From: a virus
IMG/VR virus record: IMGVR_UViG_3300017971_000033
Reading direction: 5' to 3' (one strand)
DNA: 64,000 nt
Shown: positions 43,070-52,223 of the stretch, one piece after another
Layout: each line of letters opens with the position of its first letter
How positions within the stretch are numbered: position 1 is the first letter of the stretch
Translations under genes and position numbers: made by a program
Notes under the pieces: model-generated
Databases searched by the model: none
Told to the model about the DNA's origin: nothing
What the model saw: only the letters and a program-made list of their open reading frames with translations

Positions 43070-43581
43070 GCGTAGCAAGTCATGAGTACGTGATCGAGGG
43101 GCCGAATGGCAATCGGAACTATGTGCTGTTCACGCTGACGGCTCACAATAGCGATACGTACCAAATCCGCAAGTTGCTGATAAACACAACCGATCTCGAT
43201 ACGTATGCGCTGACGTTGTATGACCTTGCCGTGGCAAGCTGGGAGCAGTTGGAGCGCGACTATGCGATTGATCGATTAATCCAATACCTCGACCCGGATT
43301 ACGTAACGCAGCACTTGGCGCAAGCTGATTATGACCGCTTCGTGTTGCTTGAACTTATGCAGGAAATCGACCCGCACCGTGTTAATTCAGCAATGACATT
43401 TTGGACGAACGTACAGATACGTAATGGCGCGAACGCATCGCAGCGAGCCGCAAGCCTTGGTGTTGCCTTGGTCGAGTATCAAGAAGTCGAGGACAGGATG
43501 AACGCTTACATTGGCGTGTCATCGTTCCTGACCGCAGACAAAGCGGCGGTGTGGACGTATATACCCGAGGGGTGGGAATAA
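43066..43581 (+). CDS. hypothetical protein
   Basis: 171-aa ORF with overlaps on both sides. Confidence 0.5.
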   Translation: MSVASHEYVIEGPNGNRNYVLFTLTAHNSDTYQIRKLLINTTDLDTYALTLYDLAVASWEQLERDYAIDRLIQYLDPDYVTQHLAQADYDRFVLLELMQEIDPHRVNSAMTFWTNVQIRNGANASQRAASLGVALVEYQEVEDRMNAYIGVSSFLTADKAAVWTYIPEGWE

Positions 43582-44978
43582 TGGCCTTTTTCTACATAAG
43601 GGAAGATGGCACGGCAACGGGCAATGGCGGTCGTTATGTTTCAGCCCTTACCAGCTCATGGGCATCAGCCTTTGCAGCGACAACGGCTTATTATTCCAGC
43701 ATTCAGCATTGTTATGCTGCAACATCAGCACCGATCAAAGGCGACCACCTCATGCTCGCGCACACCGCTTCAACGACTGAGGTGTTTGTTTCAAACCGGG
43801 ATGTGGTAAGCCCCGCATGGCATAGCGTCGATGAAGATGCTGTGAACGAATCCCGTATTGGTGCGCGGGTGATAAATCCATCCAACCTGTTCGGTTTCAG
43901 GATAGAGGGCGAGGCGTTTATTGGCGGCATTTATTTTTCCAATACCGGCAATGGCGATGTGTTTTCAATATACGGCAACAATGCTTTTGCGCGCTGGAAA
44001 GATTGCACGCTTCACCTCGACCATAACGACACAACCGAGTACCTGATCCCCAACATGGGATCGAATACGTATGGCGGCTATAGCATTTTTGAGGGCTGCA
44101 CCTTCGTGTCGAACTCAGCCAATAACAGATTCTTCGGTTTGAATAATCGGAACTATGCTCGCTTTATCGCTTGCAAGTTTGACCAAGGCGGCTTGGACGG
44201 TGGTGGTACGGCCACACTGCTCAATGGTGGGAATGGTCATACCGGAATCTTCGAACATTGCGACATGAAGAACTGCAATATCGCCGGCACGTCATTGCTG
44301 GGCGATAATTTGATTTATTCGCTGGTTGATTGTTTGCTGCCAACAGGATACACCGCTCCGACAACAGCTTTTGGTCAAAACATTTTTTCGATGGTCGGTT
44401 GTGATGATGGAGCTGGCGGGGTATCGCATCGGTTTGAGTTTGTGAGGGTGGGCGGCACGGCACGAAACAACGACTCAACCTATGTGGCTTCGTCGCCATC
44501 GTGGAATGACGGCTCAACACAGTCATCGATTGAGGTGTTTACCACGGCCAGTGCAACGCGCCACTTGCCCTTTGTGTTCGACATGCCGATCATGTACGTG
44601 AACCTGTCGTCCACATCCGAGGATGTATTGACGCTTAACTTTGTCTCATCGGCAACGCTTACCGATGCGGACATCTCGGCATATGTCATCTATGAAGATC
44701 AGACGGTATTCAAGCAAGGCAACGTAGTGCATAGCGTGTCCGCGCTCGGCAGTGCGGTCTTTGGTAATTGCACCGGCACAGGTTCGGCACTTGCATCATC
44801 AACGCTGACGGCAGCGGACTGGACGGGTGAACCCGCAGCAGGAAAGTTCTACCGGATTGATCTTGATACATCGATAGACCGTGGTCGCGCCGCATTTACG
44901 AAGGTGCGCGTTGAGGTCGGCAAGACGAGCCTTGGCTCGGGCAAGCTGTTCATCCATCCGGTGATTGACATTGGCTAA
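43581..44978 (+). CDS. right-handed beta-helix-type protein (tailspike/depolymerase-like)
   Basis: TAATG start. The N-terminus 'FFYIREDGTATGNGG' and repeated short N/G-rich rungs resemble pectate-lyase-fold spikes. Confidence 0.5.
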   Translation: MAFFYIREDGTATGNGGRYVSALTSSWASAFAATTAYYSSIQHCYAATSAPIKGDHLMLAHTASTTEVFVSNRDVVSPAWHSVDEDAVNESRIGARVINPSNLFGFRIEGEAFIGGIYFSNTGNGDVFSIYGNNAFARWKDCTLHLDHNDTTEYLIPNMGSNTYGGYSIFEGCTFVSNSANNRFFGLNNRNYARFIACKFDQGGLDGGGTATLLNGGNGHTGIFEHCDMKNCNIAGTSLLGDNLIYSLVDCLLPTGYTAPTTAFGQNIFSMVGCDDGAGGVSHRFEFVRVGGTARNNDSTYVASSPSWNDGSTQSSIEVFTTASATRHLPFVFDMPIMYVNLSSTSEDVLTLNFVSSATLTDADISAYVIYEDQTVFKQGNVVHSVSALGSAVFGNCTGTGSALASSTLTAADWTGEPAAGKFYRIDLDTSIDRGRAAFTKVRVEVGKTSLGSGKLFIHPVIDIG

Positions 44979-45591
44979 GCTAGGAACAGTAAATGGGCAA
45001 CTCGTTTACGCTGACGTTACCAAGCTGGGGGCAGTTCCCAATGACTCGTCATGGGAAGGCGCAGCCTTACTGTACGCCACTCAGGGCGAAGCAGGTGGCC
45101 CGCCTCAATCCGGCTTGTGGACAATTACCGGAAGCCAAGCATGGGCTGACGGTACAAGCGACTTGCTCTACATGGCTTCGACAACTTCGTTTGTGCCGAC
45201 TAATGCTACAGACTACCGAATGGTGTTCGATATTGTCAGTTATTCAAGCGGCGGTGTTTATCCTGTATTCGGCAGCACGGTTGTTGGTGGCGAGGTTGAT
45301 GGTGTCGGCCATTATGAATTCAATTTCACCGCTTCGGCTGGCACTAGCAGCAAGGTTCACGGATTACAAGCGAGTGCGCTTAATGCGTATATCGATAATT
45401 TCCAGATTTACGATGTTGATGACACGCTCTTCCAGTACACGTATATCTACCAAGGTTCAGACATCCCGGTTTATGCCGTGTTATTCAACCTTGCGTATCG
45501 AGAGCGACGCCTCACGGGGCTTTCATTGTCGAATAACAACCAGTCGATTCCGATTATCCAACGCACAGACCGAGTGTACCGAAATCCATGA
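44965..45591 (+). CDS. fibre-associated protein, tandem paralogue 1; non-ATG start
   Basis: About 60% identical by eye to the next gene over the last ~80 aa. Ends '...SIPIIQRTDRVYRNP'. The alternative listed frame 44993..45610 is not protein-like. Confidence 0.55.
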   Translation: MTLAKLGTVNGQLVYADVTKLGAVPNDSSWEGAALLYATQGEAGGPPQSGLWTITGSQAWADGTSDLLYMASTTSFVPTNATDYRMVFDIVSYSSGGVYPVFGSTVVGGEVDGVGHYEFNFTASAGTSSKVHGLQASALNAYIDNFQIYDVDDTLFQYTYIYQGSDIPVYAVLFNLAYRERRLTGLSLSNNNQSIPIIQRTDRVYRNP

Positions 45592-46070
45592 CATGGACAG
45601 TGACAGGTAGCCAAGCAGAAGCTGTGAACGCTTCGACTACGTTAGCGATGGCGTCAACGGTATCGTTCTTGCCGGTTGAGAGTAATCGATACCGCATCTC
45701 ATTCGCCGTGGCAAGCTATGCTGGCGGTTCGGTGCAACCGGTATTCGGCAGTGCGCTTGTTGGCTCAGAGATAAAGACGTCAGGCGTATTTGAGTTCGAC
45801 GTCACAGCTAACGCCGCGCAGGCATTGAGCAAAGTACATGGAGTGAAGGGCAGCGCATTAACCGCTGATATTGATAACTTCCAGATTTTCAGTTTGGCTG
45901 ATAGCGATTGGACGTACAATTACACGTATCAGGGAAGCGATGTTCCGATTTATGCTGTACTATTCAACCTCAAATTTCAGGAAATAAGGCAAACCGGATT
46001 GGCATTGTCCAATGAAGATCAATCAATACCAGTGCAGCAAGAAACAGATCGGGTTTTTAGTAATCCATAA
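45588..46070 (+). CDS. fibre-associated protein, tandem paralogue 2
   Basis: ATGA overlap. Ends '...SIPVQQETDRVFSNP'. Confidence 0.6.
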   Translation: MTWTVTGSQAEAVNASTTLAMASTVSFLPVESNRYRISFAVASYAGGSVQPVFGSALVGSEIKTSGVFEFDVTANAAQALSKVHGVKGSALTADIDNFQIFSLADSDWTYNYTYQGSDVPIYAVLFNLKFQEIRQTGLALSNEDQSIPVQQETDRVFSNP

Positions 46071-46124
46071 GACTTCTTCACCGAAGTAGGGGATTGTTAA
46101 TGTTAAGCAACAGGAGTAAAGGTC

Positions 46125-48581
46125 ATGGCTATTGTCGTCGATCCTGACAACCTAGACCGCGATCAAGTCATATTCGCAACCAACCCGCAGGAGCTTTCGC
46201 TTTATCCTGTCGGTGCTTTGGTAAGTGCGGCGGCGTCAAGCCAAACCGCATGGACAAGCACGGGAGCTGGCGCGACAACTTTCCATGACAATGGCGCGGA
46301 TTTTGTAACGTGGGGCGTGGCGCAGGGAGATATCCTTGTTCTAAGAAACGGCCCGGACGCAGCACACTTGATTGTGAGCGCAGTGACAAACTCATCTACA
46401 CTGGAGATTTCCACGGATGACGGATTCACTACGTTTAGTAATGCGAGTGCGCTGGTCTATTCCATCAACGAGCCGACTGGTGGATCCATCGCGGACGGCG
46501 TAACGAAGCAGGCGGTATATTCCTTTGCAAAAGAGGAATGGCATACTGACGCCTATGCGACGGTGCTGACTGATGACCTCATCAAGCACGAGTTTCCATA
46601 CGAGGCCATTACGCGCGAGTCAATGGAAATCGGCGGCGGTACCGCTCACGCGGATTGGGTGTACTTTAACGACTACACCCGGAAGAAGATCAGAACGGGC
46701 GGTTGGGCAGACAAGAACGCTGCGGCAACGGCCTCGACTGAATACGCTGGTATCGTAACTCTCGGCTCGCTCGATGCGGATACGCAGGTCTATTACCAGC
46801 AGACTTCTGCGCAGAACACGCCGGTTGACTTTACCTTCCTTGGTGCGGTGAATGAGCCGATCTTGATCTACTCTTCGGCTACGGTTGACTTCCGCACCTT
46901 CCTCAAGCTGTTTGCCCGTAAGAAGGGAAAGACCTATGTCCAGTCTGAAATCGCTGATATCGGTGTTACGCAACTTGAATCCATTGTTAACCGCTTCCCG
47001 CTTGCGCACGCGGATGATGCAGCCATTACGGCTAGCGATGCGCAGATTATCGGAGCTAGCCCGTTCCGTACTGGCGCATCGGTTGTAACCGCATCCACTG
47101 GCGAAGCAAGCGCGGTTTCCAGTGCGGTCGGTATATTCCGAAGCTCTGCTACGGCACCGTTTACCGGATCCGCAGTTGTGGTCGGCGATACGTTGCAGAT
47201 TACCAATGACGAGATCGCTGGTTACTACACTATCCTCTCCGTGCTAAACGCCTCGACGGTTCATGTTGATACGACCGAGTATGCGGTTGTTGACGGTAAT
47301 GGCCCGTGGTCGTCCACTGTCGGCCTCAACTTCGATGTGTTCTCAATCATCAAGTCGGCCAACAAGGCAAGCAATATTGCCTCGGCGCTGGAAGATGGCA
47401 CGACCGCAGCCGGCGCATCGGCCACCGTGGCAAGGTTCTCATCGCTTACTGGCGACTTTGTGAACCGTGGCGTAGTGGCTGGTGACACACTGGCGATTGT
47501 CAGCGGTAACGGAACTCCGGAAGGCGTTTATGTTATTGCCTCGGTAGAGGATGCCAGCAACCTGATTGTCAATTCTTTTGACCATCCTTTCAGCACGACA
47601 TCGGGCAATGATTTCTTTGTCTATGCGGCGGGTATGTTCCTCGAATACAAGCAAGAGGACATTACCGTGACCGGCGTCAGTGCCTTGACCTTCGATGCGA
47701 TTAACCCCGCATACTCCTCCGCGCCGACGATTGCACGCGCTTCCGGGAGCTGGGCGGGTGACGGCGTAACGGAAGGAACGGTATTGGTCTTTGCTTCGAC
47801 AACCAGCAACAATCTGTCATTCACGGTTGCCTCGACGCCGAACGCCTCTACGGTGACCTGTGTCCCGGCTGATTCTACGCGGATGACTGACGAGGCTACC
47901 GTTGTCGGTGCCAGCGTAACGGCCTATGACGCCTTCAAGCGGACGATTAACAACGTTGTGTATTCCTTCCGCTGGAAGTTGCTCGGCAATGCCGGATCCG
48001 CGTTGAACTGCTACCAGTTCATTCAGCACCAGCTACGGCAAAGCACTGATATCGATTGGGGCGCGGCATCGTTCCGCGGGGATGTGACTGACCTGCTGAT
48101 GTCATACGCTACCCCGACCGGTACCACGGCTGATCTGATCATCGACAACATCGATGCTGACGACACCAACAATGTCACCTATGTGGACTCGACCGGCGTC
48201 AGCAGGGCTTTCCCGTTCGTGGCATCGCTTACGTTGAACTTCAACACCAACCTCCAGAATGACGCCAATGCGAAATACTGGATGTATTACACGACCAATC
48301 CTTCCGGGAACTTCTCCAGCAAGGATGCCGTGTTGGTGAATGACTCGAACAACAACCCGATTCAGGGATCTGTTGGCGGGAGTCCATCGGTGCAGTTCAC
48401 GTATGACTATGATGGCAACGCTGATGGTGGCAGGACTCCTGCGACCGATGCGGACTTCACGGTTGTCGCCATTGGTCTTGAGACTGCGCAGTATGTTATC
48501 GCGACAGGCTCGATTACACGCGCGAAAGGCTTGAGCTTCTCGCTTGTGTCGAACCTTGAACGTAACTACAGCAATCCGTAA
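46125..48581 (+). CDS. large structural protein (818 aa)
   Basis: AGGAG lies before the ATG. Ends '...SNLERNYSNP', sharing its terminal motif with the two upstream paralogues. Confidence 0.6.
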   Translation: MAIVVDPDNLDRDQVIFATNPQELSLYPVGALVSAAASSQTAWTSTGAGATTFHDNGADFVTWGVAQGDILVLRNGPDAAHLIVSAVTNSSTLEISTDDGFTTFSNASALVYSINEPTGGSIADGVTKQAVYSFAKEEWHTDAYATVLTDDLIKHEFPYEAITRESMEIGGGTAHADWVYFNDYTRKKIRTGGWADKNAAATASTEYAGIVTLGSLDADTQVYYQQTSAQNTPVDFTFLGAVNEPILIYSSATVDFRTFLKLFARKKGKTYVQSEIADIGVTQLESIVNRFPLAHADDAAITASDAQIIGASPFRTGASVVTASTGEASAVSSAVGIFRSSATAPFTGSAVVVGDTLQITNDEIAGYYTILSVLNASTVHVDTTEYAVVDGNGPWSSTVGLNFDVFSIIKSANKASNIASALEDGTTAAGASATVARFSSLTGDFVNRGVVAGDTLAIVSGNGTPEGVYVIASVEDASNLIVNSFDHPFSTTSGNDFFVYAAGMFLEYKQEDITVTGVSALTFDAINPAYSSAPTIARASGSWAGDGVTEGTVLVFASTTSNNLSFTVASTPNASTVTCVPADSTRMTDEATVVGASVTAYDAFKRTINNVVYSFRWKLLGNAGSALNCYQFIQHQLRQSTDIDWGAASFRGDVTDLLMSYATPTGTTADLIIDNIDADDTNNVTYVDSTGVSRAFPFVASLTLNFNTNLQNDANAKYWMYYTTNPSGNFSSKDAVLVNDSNNNPIQGSVGGSPSVQFTYDYDGNADGGRTPATDADFTVVAIGLETAQYVIATGSITRAKGLSFSLVSNLERNYSNP

Positions 48582-48711
48582 CCGCGAGCCATGACCGCAC
48601 CAAGGCTCAAACAGTTTGCACGGCGTACTTCCTCTGCGCTGGTGAGCTGGTTTTCCGTGGGGTTTCCAGCGTGCAGAAATAACCCCTTATCACTTTTCGA
48701 GGAGGAACATT

Positions 48712-49086
48712 ATGGCTTCTGAACTTACCGATGACGAAGCGCAACACATTATCGAGCTAAAGGAACAAGCAGCAAGAGCTAGTGGGCGGCAACTTCGCCA
48801 TTTAAGGCGGGTTATCCGCAACAGGATTTTCAGGATTCGGCAAGGCCGGGATGGCTTTGATAACGGATTGAAGAAGTTTATTGAAGCGCAGCTTTCTCCG
48901 GACCAGTCGCTTGATACCTTTACATTCAATTGGGATATTGCGCCTAATGATCCGATGAAGGTTGTTTCCCCTTACGAGTGGACTGATTGCGGCGGTACGT
49001 TTGAAACGGTCATGGTCTTATGTCAAGACGGCATAACGAGACCGGAACGGCAATGTGATCCGACTGCGTTCACCAAGCAGGAGTAA
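48712..49086 (+). CDS. hypothetical protein
   Basis: GAGGAGGA lies before the ATG. 124 aa. Confidence 0.55.
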   Translation: MASELTDDEAQHIIELKEQAARASGRQLRHLRRVIRNRIFRIRQGRDGFDNGLKKFIEAQLSPDQSLDTFTFNWDIAPNDPMKVVSPYEWTDCGGTFETVMVLCQDGITRPERQCDPTAFTKQE

Positions 49087-49092
49087 ATCCTG

Positions 49093-50472
49093 ATGGCCGC
49101 AAAGGCTACTTTTGATCTTGATAATTTGCTTATCATATTCGACCAAGTTGCCCCTGATGGCAATGGCAAGGTGTCGATAGATACGCAGGTTGATATCTAT
49201 TCCGACGCAAAGGAAGTATGGAACACCTCTGCGCTATATCCGGGCTTTGAGTTTCCGTTTAACACGATTGGCGGCGAGGATCTCGGTGGAGGTCTTGGCG
49301 CTGGTGACTATTACTTCTTGCGCACAGATCTTGGTTGGAGGATTCGCCCGTATGAAGCCGACCATGAGTTGACCATAACCGGGAACCTTTACCCTGTCGA
49401 TGCTAATGACCCGCTTGTGGTGCCGACATCTTCGGCTTATACCGTGCCGGTTATTTTTGAACGCTCCCAGCTTACGCAGACTGTGACACCAACCACTTCG
49501 GTTGTGGTTTCCGCGGTAGTCTCTGCAACGACCGACAACACGGCCATCGCTTCTGCTGTTTGGGCAAGGAATGTCAGCGCGACTGTCTCAGGGAGTTACG
49601 GCGAAGCCATGCGGACGGTTGTATTCGGCCATGTGATTTACTTCGATGGCGATCTTGGTACGGCAGGAACGGCGTATCCGCTTGGCACAAAGAAATACCC
49701 TGTCAACAACTTTGCTGATGCCGTTGCTATTGCTTCGACTGAGAACGCGCCTATCATCCACATGGAATCAGAAGGCATTGTTCAATCGACGGACAGCATA
49801 GACGGGATGATTGTCGAGGGACATCATCCGCTAAAAGTACAAGTACAGGTATCGGCAGGCGCATCGACCGTTCATACCCAATTCCGCACCTTGTACCTAC
49901 GCAATGCTGCGCTTAATGGATGGGTTGTCTGTCGAGATGCCGTGCTTGAGAACGTGACAGGCTTTCAAGGCGTAGCGCATCAGTGTATGCTCAACCCCGG
50001 AACGATCACGTTGACCGGATCGCAATCATCACACTTCCTTGATTGCTATTCAGGTGTGCCGGGAACATCAACGCCAGTTATTGATGCGGATGGGAAGAAT
50101 GTCGATTTCGCCCTCCGCAATTACAATGGCGGCATAGAGATACAAAACAACACAGCAGCAAATAATATCTCTATTGACATGAACTCCGGGCAGATCATTC
50201 TGGCGTCAACGTGTACGGCAGGAACGATTGTTTGCCGGGGTACAGGCAAGCTGATCGATAACAGCAACGGTGCTACGGTCATTGATGAGATTACAGACAC
50301 AGGCGCATTGTCAGCCGACCAAGATGAACGTCTGCGCGAGCTTCATCAAATCCAAGGCCTTGAGTCAGGAGTACCGCTGGTGACAACGACCAGCACAAGA
50401 ACCGCAGGCGCTTCGGTAACTCAAACCATAGCCGGGGATCCTGCAACTTCAATCACCATAACGAGGACATAG
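49093..50472 (+). CDS. fibre/spike-like structural protein
   Basis: 459 aa. The N-terminal block is 'IDTQVDIYSDAKEVWN...FEFPFNTIGGEDLGGG'. The rest is Thr/Ser/Val-rich. Confidence 0.55.
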   Translation: MAAKATFDLDNLLIIFDQVAPDGNGKVSIDTQVDIYSDAKEVWNTSALYPGFEFPFNTIGGEDLGGGLGAGDYYFLRTDLGWRIRPYEADHELTITGNLYPVDANDPLVVPTSSAYTVPVIFERSQLTQTVTPTTSVVVSAVVSATTDNTAIASAVWARNVSATVSGSYGEAMRTVVFGHVIYFDGDLGTAGTAYPLGTKKYPVNNFADAVAIASTENAPIIHMESEGIVQSTDSIDGMIVEGHHPLKVQVQVSAGASTVHTQFRTLYLRNAALNGWVVCRDAVLENVTGFQGVAHQCMLNPGTITLTGSQSSHFLDCYSGVPGTSTPVIDADGKNVDFALRNYNGGIEIQNNTAANNISIDMNSGQIILASTCTAGTIVCRGTGKLIDNSNGATVIDEITDTGALSADQDERLRELHQIQGLESGVPLVTTTSTRTAGASVTQTIAGDPATSITITRT

Positions 50473-50474
50473 CG

Positions 50475-51161
50475 ATGGGATTACAAGACGCAATAGCAAG
50501 AGAGAAGCAACTCCGTAGTGCGATGGAACACATCGACGGCTTCCGCGCCCGCCACGGATTGCCGCCTTTCGATTTTGAAGTCAAGCGCATTGCTGGCGGC
50601 GACTTCGAGGCTGCACCGATCATCGGCCCCGGACGGTATGACCCGGACGAGGAAACAGCACTTGATTGTTGTCCGTGGGATATGTCAGAAGCCGCAAAGG
50701 AATTAGCGAAGGAAATTGACAAGGATATTCTTGACAGTTTCATGGCCGACAGGGAAAGCGCGGAACTGTTCAATGAGCTGGCATCAGACCTCGAAACCGT
50801 GAACAAGTTAATCGAGGAAGGCGACAGAAGTGTTTATGCTCCGGACTTACTGCGCAAGGCCGCAGATACCATAGCCGACCGAGCGGCTGCAAGAGACTCG
50901 GATAAGGGCGGCAGATCGATGCACAAAGCCGTTGCCACCTTCAATGCCATGACTGGCCACAATCTCAGCATAGAGGATGGATGGCTTTTCATGGTTTACT
51001 TGAAGCACGCGCGGATGCGTGGCGGTCACTTCCACGGTGACGACTACGTTGATGGCGTGGGGTATGAAGCACTCATGGCAGAGGAAGCATACAGATCAAA
51101 GGGGCAGAGCAATGCTGGAGAACATAGCCGCTTATCTCAATCCGTTCGACCCGAAGAATGA
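50475..51161 (+). CDS. hypothetical protein with DUF6378-like C-terminal domain
   Basis: 'MHKAVATFNAMTGHNLSIEDGWLFMVYLKHARMRGG..HGDDYVDGVGYEAL'. The family recollection is tentative. Confidence 0.45.
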   Translation: MGLQDAIAREKQLRSAMEHIDGFRARHGLPPFDFEVKRIAGGDFEAAPIIGPGRYDPDEETALDCCPWDMSEAAKELAKEIDKDILDSFMADRESAELFNELASDLETVNKLIEEGDRSVYAPDLLRKAADTIADRAAARDSDKGGRSMHKAVATFNAMTGHNLSIEDGWLFMVYLKHARMRGGHFHGDDYVDGVGYEALMAEEAYRSKGQSNAGEHSRLSQSVRPEE

Positions 51162-51342
51162 CGCGGTACCTAATGCAGAAGATGTCTGGTATCTAGAGGT
51201 CGAGTTTGTACCGTCAGCGGAATATGAAAGCAAGTCACATATCCTTGCGCTGAAAGGCGACATGACGCGCGCGGAGATTGCGCGTGACATCCGGATCTTC
51301 GCCGATCAGATTGAACGGGACATCCCTGACATAGTTCAATAA
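51112..51342 (+). CDS. hypothetical protein
   Basis: ATG 51112 ('MLENIAAYLNPF'). Confidence 0.4.
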   Translation: MLENIAAYLNPFDPKNDAVPNAEDVWYLEVEFVPSAEYESKSHILALKGDMTRAEIARDIRIFADQIERDIPDIVQ

Positions 51343-52223
51343 TGGCGACCTTCTCTGACAGGGCTTTAACGGTAGCAACGCGCGGCGTCTTATCAGGCGT
51401 CGCGCTTACCATTGCGACCAATGGAATTCTGCAACTCCCGCAGGATGTCCCGGTTGTTGTCGAGCCTACTCCGCAACCGGTTGCCGCGGCGCCAGCGCGT
51501 GTCAGGGGTCCGCTTTCCTTCGAGTATTCCAACCAGTACCGGATCCAGTCAGAGATCAGGCTGGGGCTGGGGCTCGATGTCGAGGCCAGATATCTCCCTG
51601 TCCCTCTGGAAGAATACCGTGACACGGCAAACTTCTTCTGGAGTCTGGACCTCTCCGGGGAGTCTGGTGCAAGTCGGTACCAGTCGAGACAGTCGGACTA
51701 TACATGGGGAATTGACCTCTCCGGGGCTTCCCGAGCCGATTATCAAGGAATCCTGAATCCGGCCCCGCTCAAATGGGCGGTTGACCTCAGTGGGGCCTCA
51801 TACGGCTCACAGGCCACCAGAGGCCTTGTGCTTACCTCAGTTTCCCTCGGAATCTCCCCAGAAGGCCGCTCACGCGGTCTGGCGGCATCTCCGGGCTCGG
51901 TGGAATATCACCATATTGCCTCCCCGTGGGATCTTCGGATCCAGTCCCGGAGCTGGGCCGATTTGCTACAGGTGGAGGAGTACCGGTACCTGTCACACCT
52001 CCCTGTCAAGGCCGGTTTCCAGATAAACACCAGTCACCAGACAGTCGGCGCCAGTCAGGGCCAGTCACAAAAGTTTTACTGGAGAAATCGCCTTGACACG
52101 GGATTGCGCCTTGACACACCTTCATTCCACGAGCCAATCCCTGTAATTCCGCGGACGGATGACGAGGAGGTGTTGTTTGCGGTAATCCAGATCCTGCTCA
52201 GCGAGGATGATGACCTTGCCTGA
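51342..52223 (+). CDS. hypothetical protein with three W-x-(L/I/V)-DLSG-x-S repeats
   Basis: 'FWSLDLSGESGAS', 'TWGIDLSGASRAD', 'KWAVDLSGASYGS'. Confidence 0.55.
   Translation: MATFSDRALTVATRGVLSGVALTIATNGILQLPQDVPVVVEPTPQPVAAAPARVRGPLSFEYSNQYRIQSEIRLGLGLDVEARYLPVPLEEYRDTANFFWSLDLSGESGASRYQSRQSDYTWGIDLSGASRADYQGILNPAPLKWAVDLSGASYGSQATRGLVLTSVSLGISPEGRSRGLAASPGSVEYHHIASPWDLRIQSRSWADLLQVEEYRYLSHLPVKAGFQINTSHQTVGASQGQSQKFYWRNRLDTGLRLDTPSFHEPIPVIPRTDDEEVLFAVIQILLSEDDDLA

Noticed and set aside
44993-45610. 205-aa alternative frame over paralogue 1
   Set aside because: Its product is Cys/Arg/Gln-rich. The 44965 frame is clearly homologous to the next gene.
36396-51625. Other long antisense ORFs (e.g. 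36396..36890, 38538..38981, 39253..39711, 39711..40115, 42560..42967, 46620..47009, 50453..50806, 51170..51625)
   Set aside because: All lie opposite well-supported structural genes in a unidirectional operon and have non-protein-like composition.
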